DNA of 61,981 nucleotides, the filler included, from Rhabdomonas costata (taxonomy: Eukaryota): assembly GCA_019059605.1 (NCBI GenBank). It is 24 parts of 24 records of this genome, joined end to end, with 100 filler letters (N's around TTAATTAATTAA, not from the genome) between each part and the next. Parts side by side here need not be neighbours in the genome. Positions count along the whole stretch, not along the records: positions 1 to 2,487 come from JAHMHO010003189.1; positions 2,588 to 5,073 come from JAHMHO010003190.1; positions 5,174 to 7,659 come from JAHMHO010003191.1; positions 7,760 to 10,244 come from JAHMHO010003192.1; positions 10,345 to 12,886 come from JAHMHO010003193.1; positions 12,987 to 15,471 come from JAHMHO010003194.1; 18 more parts are not named here. One strand, given 5' to 3'. Positions 1 to 14,710 of this stretch are shown piece after piece. Position 1 is the first letter of the stretch, and the number at the start of each line of letters is the position of its first letter. A program made the translations under genes and the position numbers. Below the pieces are notes generated by a model that did not search any database, had not been told where the DNA came from, and worked only from the letters and a program-made list of their open reading frames with translations.

Positions 1-704
1 GGGTTGGTATCCCCATCTTTGGAGCTCCAATTTTGGTGGAGTTAAGTTAGGCACCGCCAAAACATGTTCCCCTCACCCGCCGTATATCTTAGGTGTCTCC
101 ACGAAGTGCAACAGAACGTTTGCATTCCTGCTGCTGCACGGATGTTGTGCAACTTTTTGCTTTCTCTAGGCTTTTCCTACCTACAGCCCCAAAAGTTGCA
201 GGACAGGATCCCACGCATCTGGCACTTGATCACGGGCCTTCTCCCTCATAATCCCGGGATATTTTACTGTCAATGGAATGTAACCAGGTTGAGCGGGATC
301 TCAAAAATGAGAAGAGAAAGACGGAAGACAAGCACCGGGAGGCAACCGAACGTGCAAAACAACCGTGGTTTAGGTGGTTGTGAGGAGAAGGAGGAGAGGG
401 GAGATACTGGAAAGATCACAAACATACACGCATACGAGCCGCACACATGGAACCACAAAAAATCGGGATTGCCACTCGCCGATGCACAACCCAAGACGAA
501 AATTCAAGCCTAGAAGGCAGAGCATGCTGAGGGTGGCTCTACACATAACCACGGGAGATATGACATAATAGAACATGATAGAAAAAAGGAAAAGGCAGGA
601 TGCGACCCACAACCCTGGCGGAGCACCATGTACACGACCCACTCAGTGCGCAGAACGTAATCCAAGCCTCATGAGTGTTCACACGACACTTCCTCCGGTG
701 GTCC

Positions 705-2477
705 TCAAGGCTTGTTCTCACTCGAAGGGGCGGGGGCCGCGGGGCGGGCACTGGGCTGGGCCTCGTCCTGCTCCTTCAGAAGCCTCCACTGCTCACGGTT
801 GGCCTTCACGTTGTCCAGCAGGGGCTGCAAGCTAGAATTCCATCCCGCCAGCATGGTGTAGTGGGGAAGGGCCACGAAGTCGATGAACCCCATCTGGTCC
901 TTCGCCAGCTTGCTCTTGGCCCGGTCAAACATCGCGGCCACCTGAAGGCCCTTCTCCGCCTCGAGGTCACCCTGGCGGTGGAACTCCTCCGTGACAGCAA
1001 CTCCCCACTGCCGCGCCAACGGAAAGGGCTTCGCCACGTTGGATAGGTCCGCGGTGTGAATGATCATCTTCATCAGCAGCTCCTGCAGCGACATCGACGG
1101 CAAAAGTTGCACAGCAATGCACGCTTGAAAAGCAACGCGATTCAACACCAAGAAGCTAAAGCGGACGACCACAGGGAATGAACACAGAAAGCGTGACATA
1201 TGTCACGACGCAAACTTCTAGTCACGTCCCTATCAATAAAAGGCTGCCGCTGCAAAAATCGTGCCAACCAGTCCTGCCGCAGTGCTTTGATCGGTATTGA
1301 AGGGCATGCCTTCATATTGGGGGCCTCAGGGTTTGCCGCGGCTTCCTTGAACTGCGCCAGCAGGTCATTGTGCTTAGCCATGTCCGTGGCCAGGATGCAG
1401 TCAATCATCGTCTTGAAGGCACGGTGGTTTTGGTCCTTGGTCAAGCCTTGGAAGATGTTATACGGGGCCATGCCCAGCAGCTCCACTGCCAGCTTCGAGT
1501 GGTGCACCTCTAGCACGGACTGCGTCCCCGCAGCGGAGGACAGGATCCCCATCGGGGTGTCCGCACGGAGGTGGAAGCTGTTGTTCAGCCCCATGTGGTC
1601 CAGGTCGTGGCAAATCGCGGTGACCAGTAGCACAAACTTGTCCAGGTTATCCAGTATCCCTGCAACACAAAACCGCCAAAGTTTGAAGGGGGCAGATATT
1701 GTCCGCGTCACATGCAAATCGGTGGCGTTTGTGAGCTGATTTTTGACTTTCACCTGTGATCTCTTTCAAGGTGACGCGTGTAGCAGCAAGCTTACCCTGC
1801 ACTGAATGTGCATCTGGGCTCCCATTATTATCAGCACCGCGCTCAACAATGTTCGACCAAGCCAGAAGTGCTAACCAGGTCTTTACGCCCAAAGATGAAC
1901 TGCCAAAAGTCCAAATGCCACAGAACCTACCAAGATTATCCACCAGCTTCATCAGCACGAACACGGTCTGTGTCGCGTCCACCGCGTGGTAGAAGTTGTG
2001 GTAGGGCACAGAGCGGTACAGCTTCATCGCGGAAATCAAGAAGCGGTACAGCGTCTCCTCGTCCACCTTGAAGTTCTCGAACGCCCCAACATTCCGGAAC
2101 AGCTCCACCAGCAGCGGAATCAGCTTCTGCTGCATCTCTGGGTCGGGGGAGAGCTTGTACTCGAAGATGTCGAAGTTGATGGTCTTCACGCGATCCAGCT
2201 CGTCCACGGTGACGTTCAGACTCATGTACATCTTCACGGTATTGCCATCCACGAGACCCATCTTCGCCAGCAAAGGATTCGCGCGGCGCCGGCTCGAGTC
2301 TCCACCTTGTCCAGCCTGCAGCAGCTGCATCGCGTCGTGGTTGGACTGCAAGACAAACTGGTACAGCTTCGTGTTCTCCAGGCTGATGGCGGCGAACATG
2401 CAGAAGTCTGTCAGCAACTGCTCGTCGTCCCTCGTGAAGCATGCCGTGCCGTCCGTCTTGTTCACCGCTTGAATCAC
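705..2477 (-). CDS. GAF-domain class I 3',5'-cyclic nucleotide phosphodiesterase, 5'-truncated, 3 exons (~2477-1931, 1659-1310, 1082-705)
   Basis: GAF tail (QAVNK...FTRDDEQLL), then PDEase motifs YHNFYHAVD, HDLDHMGLNNSF, LEVHH, ILATDMAKH, HTADLSNVAKP, EEFHRQGD and DQMGFIDF. Intron 1930-1660 is GT-AG and intron 1309-1083 is GC-AG; both are phase-compatible. Confidence 0.95.
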
Positions 2478-2487
2478 ACCAACCCAC

Positions 2488-2587
2488 NNNNNNNNNNNNN
2501 NNNNNNNNNNNNNNNNNNNNNNNNNNNNNNNTTAATTAATTAANNNNNNNNNNNNNNNNNNNNNNNNNNNNNNNNNNNNNNNNNNNN
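2488..2587. other. Artificial contig-joining spacer (first of 23)
   Basis: 44 N + TTAATTAATTAA (stops in all six frames) + 44 N. Identical 100-bp spacers start at 2488, 5074, 7660, 10245, 12887, 15472, 18057, 20643, 23227, 25813, 28398, 30983, 33568, 36151, 38734, 41316, 43901, 46484, 49065, 51649, 54231, 56813 and 59401. Contigs between them are 2481-2488 bp (one is 2542), i.e. roughly length-sorted. Confidence 0.98.
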
Positions 2588-2627
2588 TTGTGTGTGTGGC
2601 CTCACGCCTGCTCCCCTTTCTGCAGAC

Positions 2628-4944
<2,317 letters not shown>

Positions 4945-5785
4945 CTGTTCCGGTTCCCAAGGAAGCCCCCAACCGTTCCGTTGAAAGGAATATAACGAGG
5001 GGAGGGGAGGGGTATTTCCGCAACCTCAGGGTGTGCAAGAAAAAGCCGTTTCTTCGGAAGGAGACCAAAAAACNNNNNNNNNNNNNNNNNNNNNNNNNNN
5101 NNNNNNNNNNNNNNNNNTTAATTAATTAANNNNNNNNNNNNNNNNNNNNNNNNNNNNNNNNNNNNNNNNNNNNTCTGGGGGGTTTGAATTGACTGTTTTA
5201 TTGCCTGTTTATATATCGACTGTTTTGTTTATTTGGATGCCGATTATTTATGTTTAAAAGACTTGAATCATTTAATGGTGTGAAGCGTTTAACGGCCCAC
5301 TCCCACAAGTACAGCAGGCCCATGTTTGCAAATCCGAATGTTTGCAAACCTATTCAAAGCCCGACTACGTCGCCTGAAATTCTTGAGCTCGGGGACAACT
5401 CGTTCAGGAATAGCGAGATATTGGGAAGAACATTTGCGTTATCAGCCACGTGCTTTTTTCTTCGATTTTCCCTAATGGAAAAGTGATAAGCCGGAAAACA
5501 GAGGATTTCTGACCACATCAATGCCCCAGCTCCGGCCATAATCCACTGTCATGGCGAGCCTGTACTCGTCCACTTGGCGACAAACAAGCCGATCAAAGTT
5601 TACTTTGCAATGTTGCCAGTTCAATATCATAGCAGCCCTTGCTAACGACATGTATCGGAACAATAAGGATTTTGACTGAGGTGAAGAATATCCAGAGAAC
5701 ACAGTCAGGAGAGGAGCACAAGCTCGCACTGAACCTTGTCGCCAAAGGCCAACAAAGGTGCAGGTGGGATTCAACAAAGCACACG

Positions 5786-6260
5786 GCTTGCAGCTGTAAA
5801 GTGGCTGCAGGTATGATGCCAAGGTAAGAGCTCAGATGCGCTGAATTTGAACTGTCCGAGGAACACAGCATACAAAGCAGAGGTGAGGTGAGGTGACAAA
5901 CCACTCCTAAGGGTGGCCTGAAGAACATAACGGGGAACAAAGCGATAAAAGGAAGGAAGAGTAACGAAGCAAACCGATGACGGAACCGAGGGGCGAGGAA
6001 GAAAAGTACTCCGTCACACGCAAGAGAGGCCCCCGCACAAAGCTTGCAGCTGTGAAGCTGGTGCAGGGAGAATGTGCCAGGGTAGGAGCTCAGACGCGCT
6101 GAAATTGGACTATCCTGGGCACGCAAGCAAAGGTGAACATAAACCACTGCAAAGGGTGGCGTGAAACACAATAACAAACGGTGAGAGAGGGAAGAGGAGC
6201 GAAGCAAAGGAAAGAGGGAAGCCAGGAGCTGTACCGAGGGAGAACAGCACACCGTCCGAC
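5786..6260. repeat. Diverged ~250-bp tandem duplication downstream of the Met-rich gene
   Basis: GCTTGCAGCTGT...GAGCTCAGAYGCGCTGAA...AAACCACT..AAGGGTGGC.TGAA...GAAGAG...CGAAGCAAA occurs from 5786 and again from 6042. Confidence 0.75.
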
Positions 6261-6282
6261 CTCTTCGCCATTGATGCATCGC

Positions 6283-6714
6283 CTAAAATCCGATCATGCC
6301 GCCCTTTCCCATCCCTCCCATGCCCATTCTCATGGCCCCCATCGCTATATCCATCTCCCCCAGGGCCATCTCCCGCTGCCCCATGGCGATGTCCCCCACG
6401 CCCATCGCCATCTCGCGCTGCCCGAAACCCACCTCTTGGCGCCCCATGGCCATCTCTCGGCGCGCCATGGCCATCTCCATCTGCCCCAGGGCGTAGTTCC
6501 CCTTGGCCATGTCCCGCGCCGCTTGGGCCATCTCGGCCTGCCCCAAGGCCAGCTCCGCCTGCCCCATGACCATCTCCCTCTGCCCGATCGCGACTTCGGC
6601 GCGGCCCATTCCCATCTCTGCTGCGCCGAAGTTCATCTCTCGTTCGCCCATTCCCATCTGGGCCATGCCCATGCCGCCATGGTGGTGGTGGTGATGCCCG
6701 TGGTGCCCAAACAT
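6283..6714 (-). CDS. Intronless 143-aa His-tract, Met/Gly-rich heptad-repeat protein of unknown function
   Basis: ATG at 6714, TAG at 6283. Strong third-position GC bias like the other exons. Sequence is MFGHHGHHHHHH followed by 16 heptads of consensus G-x-x-[ED]-[MVLI]-[AG]-[MLFI]. Confidence 0.85.
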   Translation of the reverse strand: MFGHHGHHHHHHGGMGMAQMGMGEREMNFGAAEMGMGRAEVAIGQREMVMGQAELALGQAEMAQAARDMAKGNYALGQMEMAMARREMAMGRQEVGFGQREMAMGVGDIAMGQREMALGEMDIAMGAMRMGMGGMGKGGMIGF

Positions 6715-8225
6715 TCTCACAATGTAAGAAAATGGAGTGAGGCCTGCCAAACAACAGCATGGGTGTGACACTCTCCCAGGTTGGTGAAAACCAGTTCAGA
6801 GGATGCAAAGTTGAAGGGTGACAAAAATTAAAAATTTGTGAACACTGCTTATAATTTTTAGGTGGCTCTATCAGTTTCGTGGCAATGGGCGGCTACAAGC
6901 GAATTGTGCGGAATGGATGAGCAAATTCAAGAGGATTCAAGCAGCTAGCGGGGGGTAGTATCCGTTTTAGGAGAGGGGTGAGCGTAATTTCTGGGAGAGG
7001 TTGTTGATCTCGAAGGGTGTGATAGAGCAATGAATGAGTTCTATGGACATCTTATTATGGTATTTGTCTGAAAGGGAGTCAGAAGGCGTCGCAAGTGTCC
7101 CCATGCCAATTGTGAACTGTGCGCAGATGGAAATGTTGAGCTGTGGCTGCACAACCGGACGAATCCGATGTGAAATCATCAGAATCTCAAAAGAAACCAT
7201 ATGTGTGTAAAAACTTCTGACACAACTCCGATTCACACACAAGTCCAGTGTTAATAGTCCGGCGCACACAACAGCCGCACAGATGCAAAGAGAAGAGGAG
7301 AAGGTGAGTGCGGGAAAACAGTACAGTTTGAAGGAGGAAACACTAACAAAAGCTTTCAAGCAGTCACTGAAGGAACACACTGGTGAAACAAGACAACAGC
7401 AGCAATGTATAACTGTGTGTAAGTATTCTCCCGATTACGGGGAAGGTTGGATGCACACTGCAAAAAAAAAAGAAAAGGACGAAACCAGACCCTGTCATCC
7501 TGGGGGTAATTTGAGAAACATTACCTGTGCGCATGTGCGTCGTCCGCTGTTGAGCAATGGCAGAAACGGCAGAAGCAAAAAACCAAACAATAAAAGAGAA
7601 AAGTGACAGACAATTGCAAAAGAAGAGATGCCGCTAAATTTGAGTAGTACAAAACAACANNNNNNNNNNNNNNNNNNNNNNNNNNNNNNNNNNNNNNNNN
7701 NNNTTAATTAATTAANNNNNNNNNNNNNNNNNNNNNNNNNNNNNNNNNNNNNNNNNNNNGTTGGTTGGTCATGTTAACTTTTGGACGTTCATCGATTTGC
7801 GGGTTGGCGAAAGCGAAAAATCGGTCGATGTGGAGATTGGACAGAGCAGGCAGAAAGGCAGAAGATGGACCGTTTGGTTTGCTTTCTTACTGTAGCCATT
7901 TTTCTGGCCGCACACAATGTCACATTGCCGTGAGTTGCAGTACTTGCTGCTTCTGCTGCTGCTAGTTTCGTTTTGGGGGGTTTATGGGGGCAAGGATGGA
8001 TTTCAGCGATGTGGGCTCAGATTGTCAAAGGCTATTATCCAATTGGTGCACATGGCTGACGGAACCACGACGGAGAGTTATGGAAGCTGGCAAATAAGGT
8101 GTCCGTATACTCAGCATCACCTGCGGATCCGAACAGGCAGCACAGGACTGAAACCGCGTGCCTGAATGGCGCGAGACAACGCCAGAACAAAAGCTGGCGT
8201 TCAAGCTCTGCGCAAATCGCCGCGC

Positions 8226-9279
8226 CTAGGAGGCAGTACAGGGCTGCAGGAGGCGATGCATCTGGATTAGCTGCCGGCAGACCTTCTGGTAAACCCCGAG
8301 CTCCTCCACCTCGCGACCATCTTCAGTCACCCGAAAGACCTTCTCCAGGCCCCCTGCGGTGTAGTGAATCCCATCCAGAGTGTCATTGGCATGCCCCACA
8401 GATAGCTTGAACGCGTCTAACCACCCTAGCCCGGCTTCCACAGCGAGCTCCTTGCTCAGCCGGTTCCAGAGCACAACACGCTCCGGGGTGAGCCAGACCT
8501 TCTTGGAGCTCACCAGGCGGTGTGGGTGCACAGCGAAGCTGGAGACGAAGGTGACGGTTGGAGGCAGTGCAACGGCATTGGTGAGCCGTACAAGGACGCG
8601 GAAGTATTGTCTTAGGAAGTTCGAGAACTGCGAAGGCTGAAGAGCCTTGAGATTCCAGTGTCCAGTGTGGGCCATGATGTCCGTGGTGGTGTTAGGAAAG
8701 GCAGTGAGGTTGAGCATCTGCGGGGCCCACATGAAGTCTACCTGCAGATTATGTCGGGGCAGCAGGACGCTGAAGTTGCGGTGCCCAAACGTGGAGTCCA
8801 CCACACGGTAGTCCGACAGCTCGAAAACCTGTGCGTAGAAAGTCCTGAAGAGGACCCTTTAGCCTGGTAGCTATCCTGACAGTCGAATTACCCTCTCTCG
8901 AATCCATCAGTGAGACCATCAAATCTAATGAATGGATTCCTCAGCTAATGAAGATATAGCAAGCACGAGCACAGTGTGGCATTAATGGAGGGCATTATGC
9001 GTTGCAAAATACTGATAGATTCAGAGCAGTGGGTAAGAGTGAAAGGCTGCACCTTAAATCGCATGGAAAACCCAACAGTAATCATGGGGAAGGGTGGAGG
9101 TGTACCATCAAGTGGTACAACCACCGTATGCTGGAGTCCCCCAGGAGCACCACATGCCGGGGGGTTGGAGGGCGGCACAATCCCTCCCGCGCCGGCAGGT
9201 GGTCCCCCAGCCACAGCGGCACCTGCATCCCCACACACACAGCCGCCAGCACGGCGACTGCACGGAGAAAGGGCCGCAT
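8226..9279 (-). CDS. Secreted or membrane-anchored SGNH-hydrolase (PC-esterase/NXPE-like); exons 9279-9106 and ~8828-8226
   Basis: N-terminal hydrophobic segment, VVLLGDSSIR (GDS block), HTGHWN, and C-terminal WLDAF...DGIHY (DxxH). The acceptor of exon 2 is somewhat uncertain. Confidence 0.8.
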
Positions 9280-10636
9280 CGCGCGCTTCGCCCAGCACGG
9301 GGTGGGCGACCCATACCCCTCACTGCCGCCGCTTTCGCTGGGGGAGGCGTCCCCCGAAAGCATCCATTCAGAAGAGCGCAAAAACACAAGCCTTTTCAAC
9401 GAGCAAAACGCGAACTCAGATCCCACAACTACAATGGAAGGAGGGGTGCAACATGACCAATGCGGCCGAATCAGAGTTCAATTGGCTATGTCCTGGCTCT
9501 TCCCATTCGATATTACCCTGCAAAATAGGTATCTCGTGTATCTGCATGCATATTTATCTTTTGCGTTGAACGAAAACCTTTCTCTCATCAACAATTAATT
9601 TGCGTTCAGGTTGTTACTTGAGGAGAACGTATTTGAAGGCTGCATCCGACGGGGCTAACGTATCTCAGCTGATCGATGTCGGTGGCTGTTCCACTCACGG
9701 GGTCAATTTCAAAAACCCGCTTTGCCCAAGTGGATGCAGAATGGGCACGGCCTAGCCGCTTTGCCCGCTTGTCACACCCGGAATAACCCCCAAACGAATC
9801 AGGAGAGCGTAGCTGAGTTGGCGACCGCAGGACCAGCCCTGGCCTTTTGACAGGAGAGGAGCCATGAACAATTGGGATACACTCACCCTTAACACTGAGA
9901 ATCCCTGGCTTCACATTCCAAATACACGCGAGCGCTCCCGCATCTCACTGAGCTTCCTTCTTTTGCTTCCGACAAAAAGCTGACGGAAAGCACAACAGAG
10001 GAAGCTTCTCCAATCGGGAGGGACGTCGTCCCCGTTCGCGGCATCCCCCAGTAGTGACCTGCAGCAGTCTGATGGGCACAGGGACGAGCTCCCGTCACCC
10101 ACACTCACCGCAAGCACAGAATACATAGCACAAACAGGTTTCCACATGCGCACTAATTAACCTGAGCGAGGCAAAGGTGAGGGGTTCTGGGCAGCCACGG
10201 CACCGCTCCGCTCCTGGAGGCGAGCCCGCGAGAGAAAAGAAACCNNNNNNNNNNNNNNNNNNNNNNNNNNNNNNNNNNNNNNNNNNNNTTAATTAATTAA
10301 NNNNNNNNNNNNNNNNNNNNNNNNNNNNNNNNNNNNNNNNNNNNGGGTTGGGGGAAGCAGAGAAAAAGATTGAAATCCCGATAGAGGCAGAAAAGGCACC
10401 ACCGAAACAATGCCCTGCTGATGTAGTATGTGTGCGTGCGTGCTTGTCATTGAGGTTTTCCAAGAATCTCCGTCCAGCAGCAGAGGTGATTCGCACAGAG
10501 AAGCGGCCCAGGCAGCGGGAGAGGCTTGAGGCAGAAAAGTCCTCCATGTGTGTGTGTGTGTGGGACTCGTCCAAAGGAAAAATAAACAGGGGTTTCTGCG
10601 ATGAGGAGTTGGGACGTTTCTGTTGTTCTGCAACAG

Positions 10637-11870
10637 AGTCGGAGGGAAGACACGGCGGCGAAGTCACTGCTGGGGGGCCGTTCTGGAGAGTCCCCCCGCC
10701 CCGCGACGCGGAGGACCCGCCGCACAGGGTGTGCTGGGCAGGGAGAGCAAAAGTTGAATTTTATCTTTCAGAGTCACACACCTCACGTTGTTCATTTCTC
10801 GCTGAGTTCGCTGAGTTGACCTGTGGAGCTCACCCTTCACGGTACTGCATGGTTTAGGGCCGTTGTAAACGTAGCTAATGGTGGTGATAGCATGACGAGG
10901 GTTGGGGAAAATGTTCCAGTACCCTTCAAACGTTTTATTAATCTCGAAAAGAGAAGAGAACTTGGGGGCTTTTTTATTGTCTGCGTCACCTCAAAAACTC
11001 AAAACCGAAAAAGCAAAATCTAAATCAGGCATTTTTGGACTTTGAAGCTACAAAGGGGTGGTGAAAAAGCTTTTTTCCTGGTGTATATGTTTCTTTTCGA
11101 CCGGTGTGAGTCGACCCCTAGCTCTTAGTTTTGAGATGACGCGTGCCAAGGTAACAAGGTGCTTCCGTTTCAGCCGAATGAATGTTTCCGGGTCCATTGT
11201 TGTGTGTGAGCCTAGCTGGCAGTTCTCTGGAGGGTGTGGGTTCCTTGGGTGGTGTGGACGTTTCGATTGTGGTGGGTGCTTCCGATGCTATGGGTGTCCT
11301 TGGGTGTATTGCTGATTGTACGGTGGGTTGGGGTATCTGTAGCTTGGCCCAGAGGCTTTCAAAATGCTGAAAAATCAGGCAGTTTTGGATAAAAATGTGG
11401 CATGCTGAAGGGCAGAACTTGTGCCATCCTGCTGCACCACAGCTTTTTGCGCAGTGTTTCGCATGTTATTGCATGTGTTTGTCGGCGTACTGAATCGTTT
11501 GCGGTGCATCGGAGTTCATGTTTTCAATGTGTGTGTAATGCCGGTCTCCCTCCTCCTCTTACATAATGTGGCTTCACCTCTCCCTATCTATCTCTGTCTT
11601 TATTTGCCCCAATCTCTTTATATGAGAAAGATCATCGAAATCTCGCAAAGGAACGGCGCAGATCACGCCCATAAAACTGCCTGGGTGCCCATTGTCCGAC
11701 AATGCTGGAGGGGGTGCCACGGTCCTGTTAAAGGCTTTCAGCGTGGTGACCTAACGTGCAGATGCGTTTGTATGTGTGTGTGTGTGACCAGCGTGTTAGA
11801 CCGTGATATGGATTCGAGCCAACTTCGGTGCCCGACATTATCCGTACCAGTGTTTACCCTTTACACCCAA

Positions 11871-11935
<65 letters not shown>

Positions 11936-12669
11936 CGTATGCCCAGGCCCTCAGTTGCCGGTGCTCCAGGTGGAACCCCGCGTGGCTCCAGTCCATCCCT
12001 AGAGGTGTTTGAACTTCCGCTTCCACTCACTTCCCTCGCTCCCTTCCCCCTTTTACTGATTCTATTTCCTGGTGCATAATTGGTTTGTTTGTAGATTCTG
12101 CGTTGCTAGATGCTTGAGTCTAAATCCCTCTTAAAAGAAGAAGGTTGTTTTTACCTTCTTATTTTTTTTGGATGGAGTGGAAAAAAGGACTGGTTACACT
12201 CTGGAAACTCTGAATGTAGCATGTTTTTGAATCGTTATTGGGAGACTTATTTCCCCCCACATGAGATCCTTCGGATCCCTGTTTTGTTTTGGGCATCGTT
12301 CTCAGGAAGTTGGCCGGTGCAACACACACACACACACACACACGCACACGAACACCAATTTCTCTCCTCTTAGGAGCCCCACGTCAGTGGGTCTGCAATG
12401 CCTGTCCGTCGCGGACGTCCGCGGCCCTCCTCCGCTCCAACCCGCAGCGTCTCCTCGAGGCCACCACCCCCTGTCATCACTGTGCAGCTCCAGGGGATTG
12501 CTGATGAGGGCACAGGAGGGGGGGGCACCACCCCCGCCCCTGTGCCGTTCACTGCGGACAGCCTGCTGGCGACGCAGTACACCTCCCACCTCTTCTTTGA
12601 GATGGCCCAGCTGGCCAGCGTACGGGGCTACGACATCCCCAAGCCCATCACAGCCGTCACGCGGTCTGA
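10637..12669 (+). CDS. Hypothetical low-complexity Ser/Pro/Arg-rich protein fragment; exons 10637-10728, 11947-12004, 12374-12669
   Basis: Three GC-rich segments flanked by AG/GT join in one open frame (…RRTG|PSVAG…PSLE|EPHVSG…QYTSHLFFEMAQLASVRGYDIPKP). No domain recognised. Confidence 0.55.
11871..11934 (+). repeat. Compound microsatellite (CT)14(GT)18, intronic
   Basis: Read directly; lies 12 bp upstream of a predicted acceptor. Confidence 0.97.
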
Positions 12670-13715
12670 GTACGTGTGTGTATGTATGAATGAAGGACCT
12701 TGGATACGGCATCCTCTCGCTCCTAAAGCGTGTGATACATTAAGGGCACGTGTGGAGTCCTCCGTGGGTCGCCTGCCATCTGCATGGTTCCCGTGTTCCT
12801 GTACAATACTCATTGACAGTTGCCATCCCATTCCCTCTGACAACCCCCGCTTGTGTTGCTGTGGACTGCTAGCTGTCCACAACAAANNNNNNNNNNNNNN
12901 NNNNNNNNNNNNNNNNNNNNNNNNNNNNNNTTAATTAATTAANNNNNNNNNNNNNNNNNNNNNNNNNNNNNNNNNNNNNNNNNNNNGTGTTGTTGTGGTC
13001 AAGGACCGCGCTGCTGTGACTGCGGAAAGTGCACATGGGATCTTGAACACTCACAACTTCGGGAACCTGGCAGTTCCTGGCTGACCCTAATGGCTCCTTA
13101 CGTAATGACCTGCAGTGCGAGCACCATAGCCTGCCACTCCATACTTTCTGTTGTGAGACTTTTACAGGGAGGCAAAAGGGTGATAACATGGCTCGGTCTT
13201 TGTCAACAGTGAGTGGAATATGTAAAGAAGAAAACATAGCCTGTCAAGGATTACAGCAGTTCAAGCGGGATTTTGAAATCATTTGGACAGAAGGGCACAT
13301 GTGTTGAACCTGCTGGAACGGTGCGGACCTTTGGACTGTTGAAACAGTGCTTCCGCGAAGGGCGCATGGTACGTGATAGGAAGTGACGAATTTGGCTCCA
13401 GAGCTATTTGCTCCGCTGAAAATTGATTGTTGGCTGTTGTTTCTTGAGTACAAAACACTAGCGGCCCATTGCGAGGACACTGCTGATGGAGGATGGCAAT
13501 CCACATCAATGAAGACACGTGATTGGTACACTTTCTTTTTCGACCAAAACCACCCCGCAATGCAAATGGTCCTTTTGATACCATTTCTAGCACTCAAATG
13601 TTTGCAAGAGCCGGGCGAATGTAGTCGAAGACACGTGCGCGGGTGCGTACACTGAATATTTGGACTGGGGTGTTTATTGCCGCCATCCTCAGTGGCGGAA
13701 GAACAGTTATGGTGA

Positions 13716-13970
13716 TTGGAAGATCATCCCCCAGAGGACGAGGTTTCTTCATTCGCACAGAATGACGACGGGTGCAGCAAAGAGTGCACTGTGGAGGAGT
13801 TATCGTCCTGCTCTGGGGAGCTGCGGGGCCGATCTGAATGCGTGAAGGCGGCTAGTTTGAACGCCAAGGCTCTGCTGTACTGCGTTTCGCTGGTGATTGT
13901 GCTGTCTCCAATGGTGTTCTACTGTGGGGTAGTGATGTGGTACCGCCGCAAGGACGTCCAACAACTCTGA
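13716..13970 (+). CDS. Possible terminal exon of a single-pass membrane protein
   Basis: Acidic/Cys segment, then a hydrophobic stretch (LLYCVSLVIVLSPMVFYCGVVMWY), basic stop-transfer RRK and a stop. Upstream exons not resolved. Confidence 0.4.
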   Translation: MEDHPPEDEVSSFAQNDDGCSKECTVEELSSCSGELRGRSECVKAASLNAKALLYCVSLVIVLSPMVFYCGVVMWYRRKDVQQL

Positions 13971-14710
13971 ACTCCAGGGCGCCGCGTCCTGCCTTCGTGG
14001 AGCCACCGTGAAGGCTGATCTCATGAGCGGAAGCCGTTTTCTTGGTTAGCAGTGGAAGCGTCTTAACGGTTTGTGTACATTAACGCATCGGCACACAGGA
14101 ACGGCCCTTTCACCTGGTTGCTACGTTTGAGCAGCGGGTTTGCTGCCTCTTGGAATTCGGGACTATTTTGTCTTCATTGGGCATTGGTGCATGCCAAAGC
14201 TCCGTTGTTTTCCGGCGTTCATTACTGGGTTTGCTCACACTGTGTTGCCTTTTGAGATGTTGGGGCCTGAACCTGTATATTCGCAGTTTTCCAACTTTTT
14301 CTGATAGTGAAATCAGCGTATTCGTGGTGTTATCATCGCTGCTGTACACAAGAACGATTGCAGCATGTTTAAATTTCGTTTTTTATACATTTTTCTGCAT
14401 GCCAGTTGTTTTCTGCGCCATACACATTTTCTTCTTCCGCTGGACAACTTTATGGTGCCCTACTTTTTGCAGAGGCATTCCGGAGCTGTAGTTGATCGAT
14501 TCGTACCCACCCGATATCTGGGCATCCGTGTGTGAAGTTGGGACAAAGGGGCAGTTGTTGCCATTGCGGAGAAGTTTTCTGTTTTTGGCTCCATATGTGC
14601 GTGCGCTTGGCATTTGCTGCCTCAGAGAAAGAGTGATTTTTGCTCCTCACTGCAGCCGGAACATTGTCCGGCCTCTTCTTTCCCTCGCTCTCACTGCTCT
14701 TTTGGAAGCG

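Noticed and set aside
6110-6808. Overlapping long ORFs (232 aa minus, 195 aa His-rich plus) over the Met-rich gene
   Set aside because: Shadow frames of a GC-rich repeat. Only the 6714-6283 frame shows a coherent protein-level pattern and GC3 bias.
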